This document shows, one piece after another, positions 11,032 to 22,861 of a stretch of 64,000 nucleotides of DNA. Below the pieces are notes generated by a model. The model was not told where the DNA came from, ran no database searches, and saw only the letters and a list, made by a program, of their open reading frames with translations. Position 1 is the first letter of the stretch. Every line of letters starts with the position of its first letter. The stretch comes from Bigelowiella natans CCMP2755 (lineage: Eukaryota > Protista > Cercozoa). The stretch lies in assembly GCA_000320545.1 (NCBI GenBank), contig ADNK01001985.1, forward strand, positions 1 through 64,000, given 5' to 3'. The translations under genes were made by a program, and so were the position numbers.

Positions 11032-13780
11032 AGAAATGTCCTCCACCTTCATCCAAAAGGACGAACAAGTGTGAAACAAACGAAGACATCCGTGTCTTGA
11101 AGCTCAGGAAGGCGCGACGTCTCCAATGTGGCGACATTCGTCTCAGGACATTTCCCATTGTTTTTGGTTCAAAACGTGTTGTCGCAGAATGCTGCTACCC
11201 TTCCACTTTTGCAGATTCACCCAAGAAACGCTTGTGAGCACAGGTGTGCAAGCACATGCTTCTGTTTTTGCATCAATGCTTTGTTTTCACAGAGTTCAAT
11301 GTTCAATGTTCCACGCATGTTGTTGCACATGGGAAGATTTGGAGGACACTTTCAACTCCGAGGTTCCAATTTCGACCCTTTCCTTTGGACGGCTAGCCGG
11401 CGTTCTGGCGAGACGACTCACCACGTCCTTGCTGGCTTGCTGCAGAAGTGTGAAGCGCATTCGGCCTCCGAAGGAATCGGATTTGAAACTGTCAGCCCTC
11501 AAACAACGAAAGAAATCAAAAAAAGTGTGGGGAGATATCGGTGAATTTTTTGAAAGTGTTGCTGGGTTCAGGAATCGTTTCAATCACGACAAATCCGCCA
11601 ATCAGACTGAAGCCGTGCCAACGGTGCGTGGAAAGTTGTGTGTGGAGTTTCTCCAATGAAGTGATGCAAGCATGATTCGCAACGACGCGTCACCCATCAG
11701 CAATCCAAGTTCGATGCGCAAATTGCCAGGTCACAGAAAATCAAACCAGTGCGAGCGTGTGACGTGACACGATGTTTTTTTGCCGGTCTCCCACTTGCCA
11801 GCGTTTGTCAGGTCATTGCCTGCACACAACCTAGCTGGAAACGTTTGACACACGTTCATGGTCGACAATTGCGTTTTGTTGCCGATCCGGCGGTCAGCTT
11901 GCAGCAGCACAGCCAGACAGGCTAGCAGGCCACGAGCCCCCTGCGCACAATTGCACGCACACACCAGCACGCTGGCGTGCGTGTCGCATCGCTCATCATT
12001 GGAAATGCAAGCAGTTGCCAGCTCAGGTGCAACAAGAAAAAGTGCACACGATGATCATGCGAGGCAACTGCTAGCTAGCTAGCTGCAGGAGCCGCACATC
12101 GGTGCAAACCGCCAAGGTGTGCTGATGTTTCGGTCGCCTGCTCGGAACGCGTGTGCGAAATGCATCGCACATCGTTGCATGAATATGTTTTATTTTGCAT
12201 CTACTAGCTACATGTTATTCATTAGCATCGTGCATGCAAGCTGTGCATGCGCGCGCACATGGCTAAGCCACACGCATGTGCGACTACTAGGCACTGCATG
12301 CACACAGTTGTGCGCCGCTCATGTTGCGCGGCGCGCCTATGTGCACATAGTTTGCAGCGTATATCACATAGTTGAATATATTTTGTTTTTGCCACGTTGT
12401 TCCATGTGTGAATGTGTAGCACAAGCTCTAGAAGCTGCATAGCACGCGCACATAGCTGAGCCAAACGTGGGGGCTAGGCGCTGCATGCGTGTGCAGTTGG
12501 CTACTCGGCGCGCCTGTGCATTGTTGAACACATTGTAAATTACAAGCAACATACTTGTCCAGATACTCACATTGTGACTTACAATATTTCGATCATGTTG
12601 CCAAGGGCACCGCAGTGAAGTTGGAACAAGCACGCAACAAACCAGTGACTGCGCACGAGCAGTGCCAGAGTGGCACGCAGGAAGAATCAGAGAAGGCGCC
12701 GCGTGAAAACGTGCACACGATGTGGAAACCTGATTGGCACAGCGTGTTTGCAAACGCATTCAATGACGATGAGACAATCTCGTGACAGACACAGCAATGC
12801 TGGAACAGCGCTCAACACACCTGCGATGTGTGTTGCACACTGGCGTCATCCCCAAGTGAACGTTTGTTCGGAAAAAACACAAGTGTGCACTGTTTGGCGC
12901 ACTCAGCACAATCACAAACACCAAGTGTGTCTCTGGGTTTTGTCAAAATTGACCTCTTCGCAAGTGACTTTGGTGTTCGTTGCAATTGCGCCAGATTGGG
13001 CCCTCACTGAACAATCGTGTGTGCCACTTTTTTCGACTTGGAAACCACTCGCAGAACGCGTGAGTTGTCCAGTTGTGGCAAAGGTGCTTTTTGGACGACC
13101 CGCGTCGATGTGTGTGCATGTGACATCATGTGGAAACCCCCATGCCACGCATGCAACATGCACACCTTTGCATGCCAACGCGCACGCACACAATCAGGCC
13201 CACGTGTGCCCACAAACTCATGCAGAAAAGAAACCATGATGAATGCTAAACATGTGCATGCCACCTGATGTGCACATGACTTGGAAAGCCTGTCGCACTG
13301 CCCAAGGCAAATGCGCGCAAGTGTGCATGCATTGCACATGCAAACGTGTGCACCCAACATGCCAGCATGCTGCTACCAAAACTGAACTAGAACAAAACTA
13401 CATGCCTAGCATGCAGTGCGTGTGTTGCACACACGCACAGTCTGGCAGTGCGAAACGTTGACACACGTGGGACTCACTGCACACGTGAAACACGCTAGCT
13501 CGGCAATGGTTGACACAACCCTCTCAGCTCTTCTGTTGGCCTCTCTTTGCAGCGAGGATGTTGAGTTCCATGGAATCCCAACGCATTTTCACCCTGCGAC
13601 AAGCTGTGAAAAGTTGTTGTCGTTGTTGTTGCCATCCCATCATCGCATCTCTGAGCATTGTCTGGAGCACAGCTTGCACACAACCTCCGAGCCTTTCGTT
13701 GGGCCTCTACCCACCTCCCTGACGTGAGAACTTGGTCGCTTCACTTTTCCCAAAAGCAGGTTGGGTTCATTCCCTTCAGG
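11032..13780. other. TpA-depleted relic tract (degenerate gene or repeat sequence)
   Basis: Hand count: 8 TA in 11032-12180 (6 are CTAG), 0 TA in 12587-13246, and 7 TA in 13247-13780, all CTA. Overlapping long ORFs lack Tyr and are Cys/His-rich. Confidence 0.9.
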
Positions 13781-14161
13781 TACGCTACAATTCACGCGAA
13801 AGATGGAAAAATTGCAGTCAAATTCTGTCCTGAGTAGACCTGGTTCCTCAGCATAAAGACTTTCATGCACTGTGAAAGAAGTATCTACAACCACCATGGG
13901 GACAAAGAGCGCAGGGTTTCGTAATGCATTCCTAGCCTTCATTCTCACAGCAATGCAATTACGTTTGAGGACGTCGAATCAGGGAGGCATAGACCATGGT
14001 TAATGATGATGATGATGATGATGATTGATGATGATAATGATGATAGGTAATATTACAGCCAGCAGGTTCCTGATCATGTGTCGGTCTGAAAAATAACATC
14101 AGGACATATTCGAAATCGGGTCTCAAAGCAGCACCGTGCATCATGTTCCACATGCAGAAGA

Positions 14162-15571
14162 ATGTTGTTTATTCTCTCTGCCCTGTGCTATGGACCCGCC
14201 CTCTCTTCCGCAAGGGCTCCTTCGTTCCAACCAATATCATCATTTAATCAATCATGGTTGTGGCACTACTACAGCAGCAGTAGCAGCTTCCTCAGCCCCA
14301 GCTTATCATCCACCCTTCGTTCCAAGGATCATCCTATTGACTATAGTGCAAAAAGAGGAGGAGGAAGAGAAGTAGGAGGAGTTGGCGGAGGGGAGGCTTT
14401 CGTTCATACTGCAAACACGTCGTATCAAAGTAGAAGCGAAGGAAATACACCAATGAAAAGGGAGAGGTAAAAACTGAGTTAGTGAAATGCCAACATCTTG
14501 TGCCCAAACAATCTATTCAATCAACCTAACCCAGTAGCAGCCACTTTCAGCATTTAGCAATACATAGTCATGCCATTTCGAACATCATCGTTCAGTGTTG
14601 GGGGAGGAGGAGGAGAAGGACAAATTTTAAGACTTGAAGACGATAACAGGCACAAAGAAGGGAAAGGGGAGAGAAAAAGGCAGCCCTGTAAGCAACCTAT
14701 TAGTCAACACATATACCACAAGTAGATGCGTGGTGTTGTTATATGTGTATATATGTGTTTGGGGGCATTTCTACCTGCCTGTGAGTGTGTTTGTGTGTGT
14801 CAGCGGTTAGTCCCTCCAATTCAATGCTTTCTGCTGCTAGTAGTACTTTCTACGGCTGCTAATCGTTTTTGTATTCAAAACCTCCTCAACAAAAACCTTC
14901 TTCAAAATGAATTATCACTATTATGAGCCAACTCTTTTCCTGTCGCATATAGCCGCGTCCTCCTTCTCCACACATGAAGAAAGACAAGGTAGCAGCGATA
15001 AAGATGGTCTAAATACTGACGAAAAGGTATGTGATGAAGGGGCACAAGTAAATATACATTTGTGCATGGGTCGAAGAGAAAGAGAGAGAGAGAGAGAAAC
15101 GGAGAGGGGGAAAGAGGAAAGGTGGCAGAAATAGCCGCAATGGATGGATAGGCACTGTTGTTGGTTCGAAATCATAGACACGATGAGTTCTTCTTGTTTA
15201 TTTGAATCAGATACGGGCGATGTTCCACCACTTTGATAATGATAGAAGCGGGACGCTGAATGAAGAAGAAATCGAGGCTTTTCTAATGCAAACGCACGCA
15301 TCTTCCAGGATCCAAAGTCAAGAAATAATACCGACAAAAGCAACACCAGAGACAGAGAACAATAGCAGCAGAGAGGACAGCGACAACGATGCAGGGAGAA
15401 AAGAAGAAGAAGACATTAAAAAGATGAAGGGGAGAGGAATAACCTGCCAAATATTTCGGAGCTGGTACTCTAACGACGACGCTAACAGGGATGAGGAGGA
15501 GGTGGTGGAGGAGGAGGAGGAGAAGGCTGAGGAAGAGTATCAGACAGCAGCACCTGCAAGTGAGAAATGGA

Positions 15572-15617
<46 letters not shown>

Positions 15618-15931
15618 GGAAATATGACTTGCTGCTGCAAGACAAACAGCATCTGGTGGGCCTAACTGCAGCACCATCACTCAATTGATACTTGTGCCAT
15701 GTAGTATTTACTACATTTGGATGATGATAATAACGATGAAAATGACGATGATGATGATGATGATGATTATGATGGCAGGGCGGTATCGTCAATCGCATCT
15801 CTCTCGTCAGTGGAGGACTTTAGGAGATAAACTGAACCGTGAATACCCCTTTGGTGTGAAGTTGCTCTCCCGTAACGAGATACTGCATCGGATCGTCGAC
15901 TTCTTCGATGTAGACTGCAATGGGGTAGTAT

Positions 15932-15962
<31 letters not shown>

Positions 15963-16670
15963 ATCTTTACCTCGCGTATCTCCCACCGTCATCATTCTCC
16001 GACATGTTATCGATTCGTTTGTTGTTGAGTACATAATGGATGGATGGTAGGTGCTAAGTGAGGAGGAAATGAATCATCTTATCATCCAAACAGCCCCAGA
16101 GCAAGCGAAAGCAAAAAAGATCAAGCACTATGGGTAGTAGTAATAGTTCTTACGTTTTAATGCGCTGCTGCTGCTACTGCTGCTGCTACTGATGACGACG
16201 ATGAAGATAATGATGATGACAATGTCGATTGGGAGAGTGATAATGAGTTTCGTCGGCATTATAATGTGCCATCTTCATTATCATCCATGCCGTCATCACC
16301 ATCATCATCGTTATCAGTATATTATGCGTGTTTTGTTACTAATCATCCTTTCCCCCTCCCCCCCCCCCCCCCCCCTCTCTCTCTCTCTCTCTTATTAACT
16401 TTCACCAGTTCTCTGCGGCGTGCAAGTCAGGATGTTGCTCCACCAAGGCCTCCACCTCGGTCCTCATCAGCATCATCTTCATCATTATCATCGTCGTCAT
16501 CCTCGAAATCGAAATCTTCCATCAGCAGCCAACATTCGAAGCAGGAGAAAGCGATGACTAACAACAACGATGAAGCGATGATGGGGGGCATTACAGCAAG
16601 AGGACTAGATATGTTATATAAAAAGAAATACGGCAGTTTACCCAAAGATTGGGAGGTGGATAAATCACAC

Positions 16671-16702
<32 letters not shown>

Positions 16703-16771
16703 CAGTCACTATTGACCGCACCAGAATCAACAAATTACAACAAGCATCATCGTGATGGCTGGGACCACATC

Positions 16772-16814
<43 letters not shown>

Positions 16815-17769
16815 ATATATATTCGGCTAACGAACAACACCAAATTACACGTTGCTGTTGTTGTCGTTGCTGCTGCTGCTGCTGCTGCTGCTTGTATCTC
16901 GCATTATCTTGTAGTACACACCTGCTGCTACTACAACTACTGCTACTGCTGTCATAGTGGAAAAGCAAGAATAAAGAGAGCGCAACTCGGGGAAATGATA
17001 ATAATGATAATAATAATAATATCAGTAAGCAATGATAACAATATATCACCTATTTCCCGGTTTCTTTCTCTTCCTGCTGCTCCTCTCCCTTTTCTCATCC
17101 TGGTATTTGCAAGATTCTGGTCGAAAGATTGCCTACGATTGCCGTTGGAATCGGAGGCATCGCCCTCAGGTATTTCTAGTACTAGTAGTGGCAGTAGCAT
17201 TCAGTAGTAGTAGTAGTAGTAGTAGCTGTGTTGTTGTTGTTGTTGTTGTCGTTGTCATGATAGGAAGGATTATTGCATTTTTCAAGTTTTTTTATTATTC
17301 GTAAGTAGGGTGATAATGATAGCATGTGAATCTCATATACTGTTGCTAATAGTTTTGTGCTCTCCTCCTCCTCCTCCTCTTCCTCCTCCCCCCTCATTAT
17401 CAACACCATCATAATCCCTGTTATCATCATCAATACGAATTGTTCTTCTATCTTCCCTCTTTTTCCTCACCTACTACTCGAAGGCCATATGCGCTGATGT
17501 TGGATCATGATGATAGTAGAGGAGAGGGAGGAAGAGAACAAGATGAAACAACATCATCATCATCATCATCATCATCATCGTCGTCGTCTGGGGGGGGGAG
17601 GAGAAGAAGTGGTAGAAGATCGTCTCCCGATTATAATGTGTACTACTCTTCGCCACGAAAGCGGTTACTGCCCTTCCTTCGTTCCATGATACTTGAGAAG
17701 TCTCTTGCCGTCCTTATCAAAGCTCTCGGCATTATTCCTCCTCATACCAGCGCTAATCCAAATACTGCA

Positions 17770-17800
<31 letters not shown>

Positions 17801-18132
17801 CTTCTTCTTCTTCTTCTTCTACGACAACAATGCCATCATCATCGCTGCCTCTGCTAGTGAACGCTGGGAAAATTGGTTGGCGAAAGTTGCACGAATTTGC
17901 GCAGTCTTCTACGGCTGAGGACGAGATCACGCTCTCTCATGAGGAGGTAGTTGTTGATAGAGGGGGGGGGGGAGCGTAATAAGAAAGAAAAGGAAGAAGA
18001 GATGAGGAATGAGAGAGTAACTGAGTGGCAAATGCGTCATGGTGCTCAAGAGTTGAAAGCATCTTATTAAGAGACGTTGTAAAAATGATAAACGGTACAT
18101 ACACTACTTGGTCGAAAAAGAGGAGTACTGAG

Positions 18133-18163
<31 letters not shown>

Positions 18164-18504
18164 AAAAAGGTTACACTTTCTTTCTAATCCACTAGATTGA
18201 AGCTGGACTTCGACGGAATCTGCACGTTTCACAGGTGCTGTTGATTGCTCTCTGACTCTCATCCTTGTCCTTCTCCTGATCCTTACCCCTCCCCCCCTTC
18301 TCATAATTGTATGCTGATGTTGTTGGCTATATGACCCGGTGTTGGTTGAAGTGTTATGGCTATCTATATTGAATAAGGGTGTATTTATTTATGCCGTACA
18401 TTTGATAACCTTTCTGACTTCTTGATTAGCTCCATCGAATGGTTCATGTGTACGACATCGATGGGAACGGATGCTATTCAATGGGAGAGATCTTGGAGGT
18501 GTAC

Positions 18505-18548
<44 letters not shown>

Positions 18549-18808
18549 AAGTGCATTGGTGGTACAGATACTACCGCTACATCCCCATGATCGGTGATGG
18601 TGAAACAACTGTTTTGGATTTGTTGCTGGCGGTGGTGGTGGTGGTGTCGAGCAGGTCCCTGGAGACTCACTACTGTGGCGATTTCTCAACGACACCCATA
18701 GAATAGAGCAACGGCTTAGTGAGATCAAGAAAATGGGAGGGGGGGAGAGTACTACTACGACATCATCAATTGTGTCAAATGTTTCCTCCACCGCTGCTGG
18801 TGCTACTA

Positions 18809-18840
<32 letters not shown>

Positions 18841-20251
18841 TCTGGAAAGCACGGCAGCAACAACGATGGCAATCGCGCCTACAAAGATGATGATAATCAC
18901 TCTGCTGAGGGGCACAACATGAGGGGAGAGCATCACGAGGAAGAAGGGGGCTGGGCAGCATTGAAGAATCATTCCAATGATGATGATAATGATAATGATC
19001 GTGATGGTGCTGCTACTGCTGCTGTGACGAAATGTGTAGAGGGAACAAACATCACTTCTCCTTCATTTCTATCCCAAGCTCTTACATGGGAGACGCAAAA
19101 AGTCATCATCGCCGATCTTGACCAAAACATGGATGGCAAAGTTGCGTATGAGGAGTTTCTAGACTCTTCAGAATGGCAGTACAGCTATTATGATGACGTG
19201 ATGAATCTCAAGGAGCCGGTGAGGCCTCCATTTCTGCGTGAGGCACTACGGACTCTTGAGCAATTTCAAGTGTTTAGATGTGGACGAGGGGGGCGGGAGG
19301 ATCTCCAAGATGAAGCCCATAAGTGCAGCAGCAGCAGCAGCCGTAGCAGTTGCAGTGTTGGAGATGGTGATGATGATGATGATGATGATGACGCTGAGCC
19401 TGTTCCCTCCTCCTCCTCATCCTCCTCCTCATCCTCCTTCTCTTCATCATCGTCGTTACCATTATCATTCCCAAGAATCATACATCAAACCTGGAAAACA
19501 GCAGACAAGATCCCGAAAAGTGTAGCAGGTTGGATGCATTCTTGGCCGAAGAAGAACCCCACATGGCGGTATACAAGTAGTTTTTGTAGTAATAGTGGTA
19601 GAACTAGTAGGTCTAGTTGCTGCTGCTGTTGTTGTTGTTGTTGTTGTGTTGTGGTGCTGGTTGCGGGTAGATGCTGTTGGTGTTGGGATACAGCTCATTA
19701 TTCTCCTCACACATGCGTAGCTAGTGCTGAAGAATTCCTTCGTGCTTGCCGTTTCGACACCCTGCTAGTATGCGCGCGCAGATATAACACACACACACAC
19801 GCGCGCGCGCGCACAATTCAAACCACAAGCTCCCAATACTACCACAACATCTCCTACTGCTGCTTCTGCTCCCATGTTGGCACAGGCACGTATTTTGGAG
19901 TGATTCAGATAATCGCCTCCTGGTACAGCAACATCTGGGCATGCTGCTACCTTTCTTCGATGCTCTCAAGCCAGTGGAGCAAGCAGATGTAGCACGCTAT
20001 CTCTACTTGTATTACTTTGGAGGTGTATATGCTGACTTGGACTTTGAGGCACTCCAGAGCATGGACGCCATTCGCAAGCATCTGGAGAGGATAGGTCGTC
20101 ATCGTCGTCTTTGTCAGTGGTGATAGTGATGGTTGTGGTAGATGGTGGTATTGGCGGCGTGTTCTTTAAGGAAACTAAGAGCCTTACATGTCAACCATGT
20201 GCGCCTTGAAAATATTATCTTATATTGTATTAATTGTGTGAATGTGTGTGA

Positions 20252-20288
<37 letters not shown>

Positions 20289-20861
20289 CTTCGGTGTTGA
20301 TTGTTGTGTTGTGTTGTGTTGTATTGTGTTGTTGGTCGTCGTAAGGAGCCGTCGGGTTCGTTGGAGAAGAACCTCGTGCCCACACAAGACTCTTGGAACA
20401 TAGGAAGGGCCTTTTACTGAGCAATGCTATCTTAGCATCTCCTGGGGGTCATCCGTTTTGGCTTGCTCTTGTTGCGCACATCATGCTCGCCTTGGCCAAT
20501 GGAGATAGAGGCGATCCAGTGTCCTCCACAGGACCTCGCATTCTCACGAAAGTCTACAAGTAATGATTGTGATGATGAGGATGATGATGATGATGATGAT
20601 GATGATAGTGCTGCTGACGGTAATACCTGAATGTCAAAGAGCAAGAAGAGGATGAATTATAGTGTGATTATAGGCTATTATTGCCATCATCGTTTGTGCA
20701 ATGTTTAGTGAGGTACTGATGTTGAACCCCGTTGATTTTGGAAGGAAATACTTTTGCCTGGACAACAGCTACTCAAATCGCCTATTCAATTCGACGATTT
20801 TAGACACAAATGTGGCAGTAGCACCTATCATGAGTAAATCGGTGGGAAAAGGGAAGAGTGG

Positions 20862-20897
<36 letters not shown>

Positions 20898-21579
20898 AGA
20901 AGAAGAAGAAGAACATCACGTCATACGTGACATTGCCGCTCTGCCAGACGACTGGTTTTATCCCGAAGTTGCACGGTGGAATTTGAAAACAATGCTGCAA
21001 CGCTGCCAAAAGCACCTCTGGGAGGAGGAGGAGGAGGAGGAGGAGAAGGCCAATGGCGACTCTGACGAACCAAGAATACAAAATGACAGCGAGAACAAGA
21101 AAGGTGTTGTCGAAGGTTGGAGCACAAAGGGAGATGATGGCAAAGATAAAATCGCGGATATTATGGGTGGAAGGGGAGGAGACGTATCGCCGAGAACCAA
21201 GTTGAAAGAAGATGATCATGATGATGCAGTCATTGGTACTGGTAGTAGTAATAGTAGTACCAGTGTCATAGCTGCTGCTGCTGCTACTGTTGATATGGCG
21301 TCATCCTCCCCTCCCCCCCCCTCCTCAATGGTTGCGTTGTCATCGTTTCTTCCGCTTCCTGCTCCTACTACTTCTTCTTTCTCTTCTTCTTCTTCTCCCT
21401 CGAGAAAAGAAGTTATAAGGGAAGAGGAGGGGGGAAGTGACGACAGCATTTATCTCACCTCCCCCTCTCTTGCGGAATCTGACGAAGAAGTAGACGCAAT
21501 CTGCAAAAGGCTAGTGAAAATAGCTTTCAATCGGACTGCAGGCTACACAGCGAATGTAGCATATTCCTCATATGTATTA

Positions 21580-21623
<44 letters not shown>

Positions 21624-21640
21624 CAATTGATAATGAGTAG

Positions 21641-21681
<41 letters not shown>

Positions 21682-21899
21682 GTGTTTGTGTGTGTTTGTG
21701 TGTGTGTGTGTATATGTGTTGCAATGTTGACATTTATTCTGCTATATGATGACACCATCGTCGCTTCTTCAGTCTTATGCTGTTCATCATTGGATGTGCT
21801 CTTGGTGTCGGGGCATAAAGGTTATTACCTTCCAATACCGTTATTGTCCCTCGATGTAGAATAAGAAGCACTCACTGCGATTATAATGATCATTCATTC

Positions 21900-21936
<37 letters not shown>

Positions 21937-22052
21937 TATCATCGTAAGAAGCTTCATTTTGTCACGGTAAGGGGGAGAAGTTTGTCTCGCTTGAGGACGT
22001 GATTCCCGTATCTGCAAGACGTCGTCCAGTCTGGAAAGATCGACAACCTTGA
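14162..22052 (+). CDS. Signal-peptide/anchor protein with about 4 EF-hands and a C-terminal GT32 (DXD, OCH1/SUR1-like) glycosyltransferase domain
   Basis: N-terminal MLFILSALCYGPALSSA; EF loops FDNDRSGTLNEEE (15232), FDVDCNG|VLSEEE (15904), YDIDGNGCYSMGE (18451), LDQNMDGKVAYEE (19117); GT32 motifs FPRIIHQTWKT, VEQADVARYLYLYYFGGVYADLDFE, NAILASPGGHPFW, STGPRILT, YAVHHWMCSW. Start and some middle exons are approximate. Confidence 0.8.
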
Positions 22053-22152
22053 CGGCTTCTTTGATGACGTAAATCGCATGCTATACTGATGTGTTCTTAT
22101 GCGAGATTAGGCTATCATTTTATTGGCTAACGTAGCTAGTTGTATAGAATAC

Positions 22153-22304
22153 ACGAGACAGATGTAATGAGTAAATTAAATTGAATTAAATCTTTTCAAT
22201 TGTCATCCTAATGTAGAGCTACATGTCTACACAGCATATGCTCCATGTATGAGACGGATGTAATGAAATGTTTAAATTTTTTCAATGGTCATCCTAATGT
22301 AGCT
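22153..22304 (+). repeat. Two adjacent copies of the ATGAGACGGATGTAATG...GTCATCCTAATGTAG motif
   Basis: Copies start at 22153 (acgagacagatgtaatg...tcaattgtcatcctaatgtag) and 22249 (atgagacggatgtaatg...tcaatggtcatcctaatgtagct). Confidence 0.85.
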
Positions 22305-22861
22305 GTGCAATGCAGCGGCTACAGCGCTTAAATTGTATCTGTTTGTTTCCATGTATGCACCTATATATGTAATATGGCAACGGCAGCAATAACATTTTCG
22401 AAAGCATATCCATTTAACTTATTACACCTGAAAATGATGAGATCTGGAAATTGCCCCTGGCGTATTACAACATGTATATCGTAGCGTTTACGCCGCATCC
22501 ATTAAGATCACTTGCGCGCGATCTCACATGCAATTTTGGGCGGGCCTACAATTACGCTATGAACGTCTGCAGCGCACATGCATGTAGCCGACGACTGCAA
22601 GTGCAAAGACGTCTGCATGTGTGATGAACTTCACGGGTTACTCTCGTTCTGTGAAGCAAAACTCAAAAACAAGATTTTCCAGAATGCTCTTAATTGTAGC
22701 ATTTACTTCATTTCTATGATTACATTGTGCTTTACAAGATCAAATGCGACACCAACAGTCTGCCATCAGGTGTTATGTTTCAGCATTTCGGAGTAATGAT
22801 ATCCGTATTGCCGAGTTACAAGATATAACACTGAACGTGGTCAGACGTTACCAATCCTAAG

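Noticed and set aside
11126-13727. Long overlapping Cys/His-rich ORFs on both strands, suggesting metal-binding proteins or overlapping genes
   Set aside because: Explained by loss of TA, which removes TAA/TAG stops and converts Tyr codons; no domain pattern is visible.
13640-14153. Minus-strand ORFs as a separate gene
   Set aside because: No recognisable domain; they lie just upstream of the plus-strand GT32 gene and at the edge of the TA-depleted tract, which inflates ORF length.
22249-22304. ATGA...AA hairpin motif as a SECIS element or hammerhead ribozyme
   Set aside because: There is no GA on the 3' arm to form the SECIS quartet, no Sec codon identified in adjacent genes, and no CTGANGA...GAAA core.
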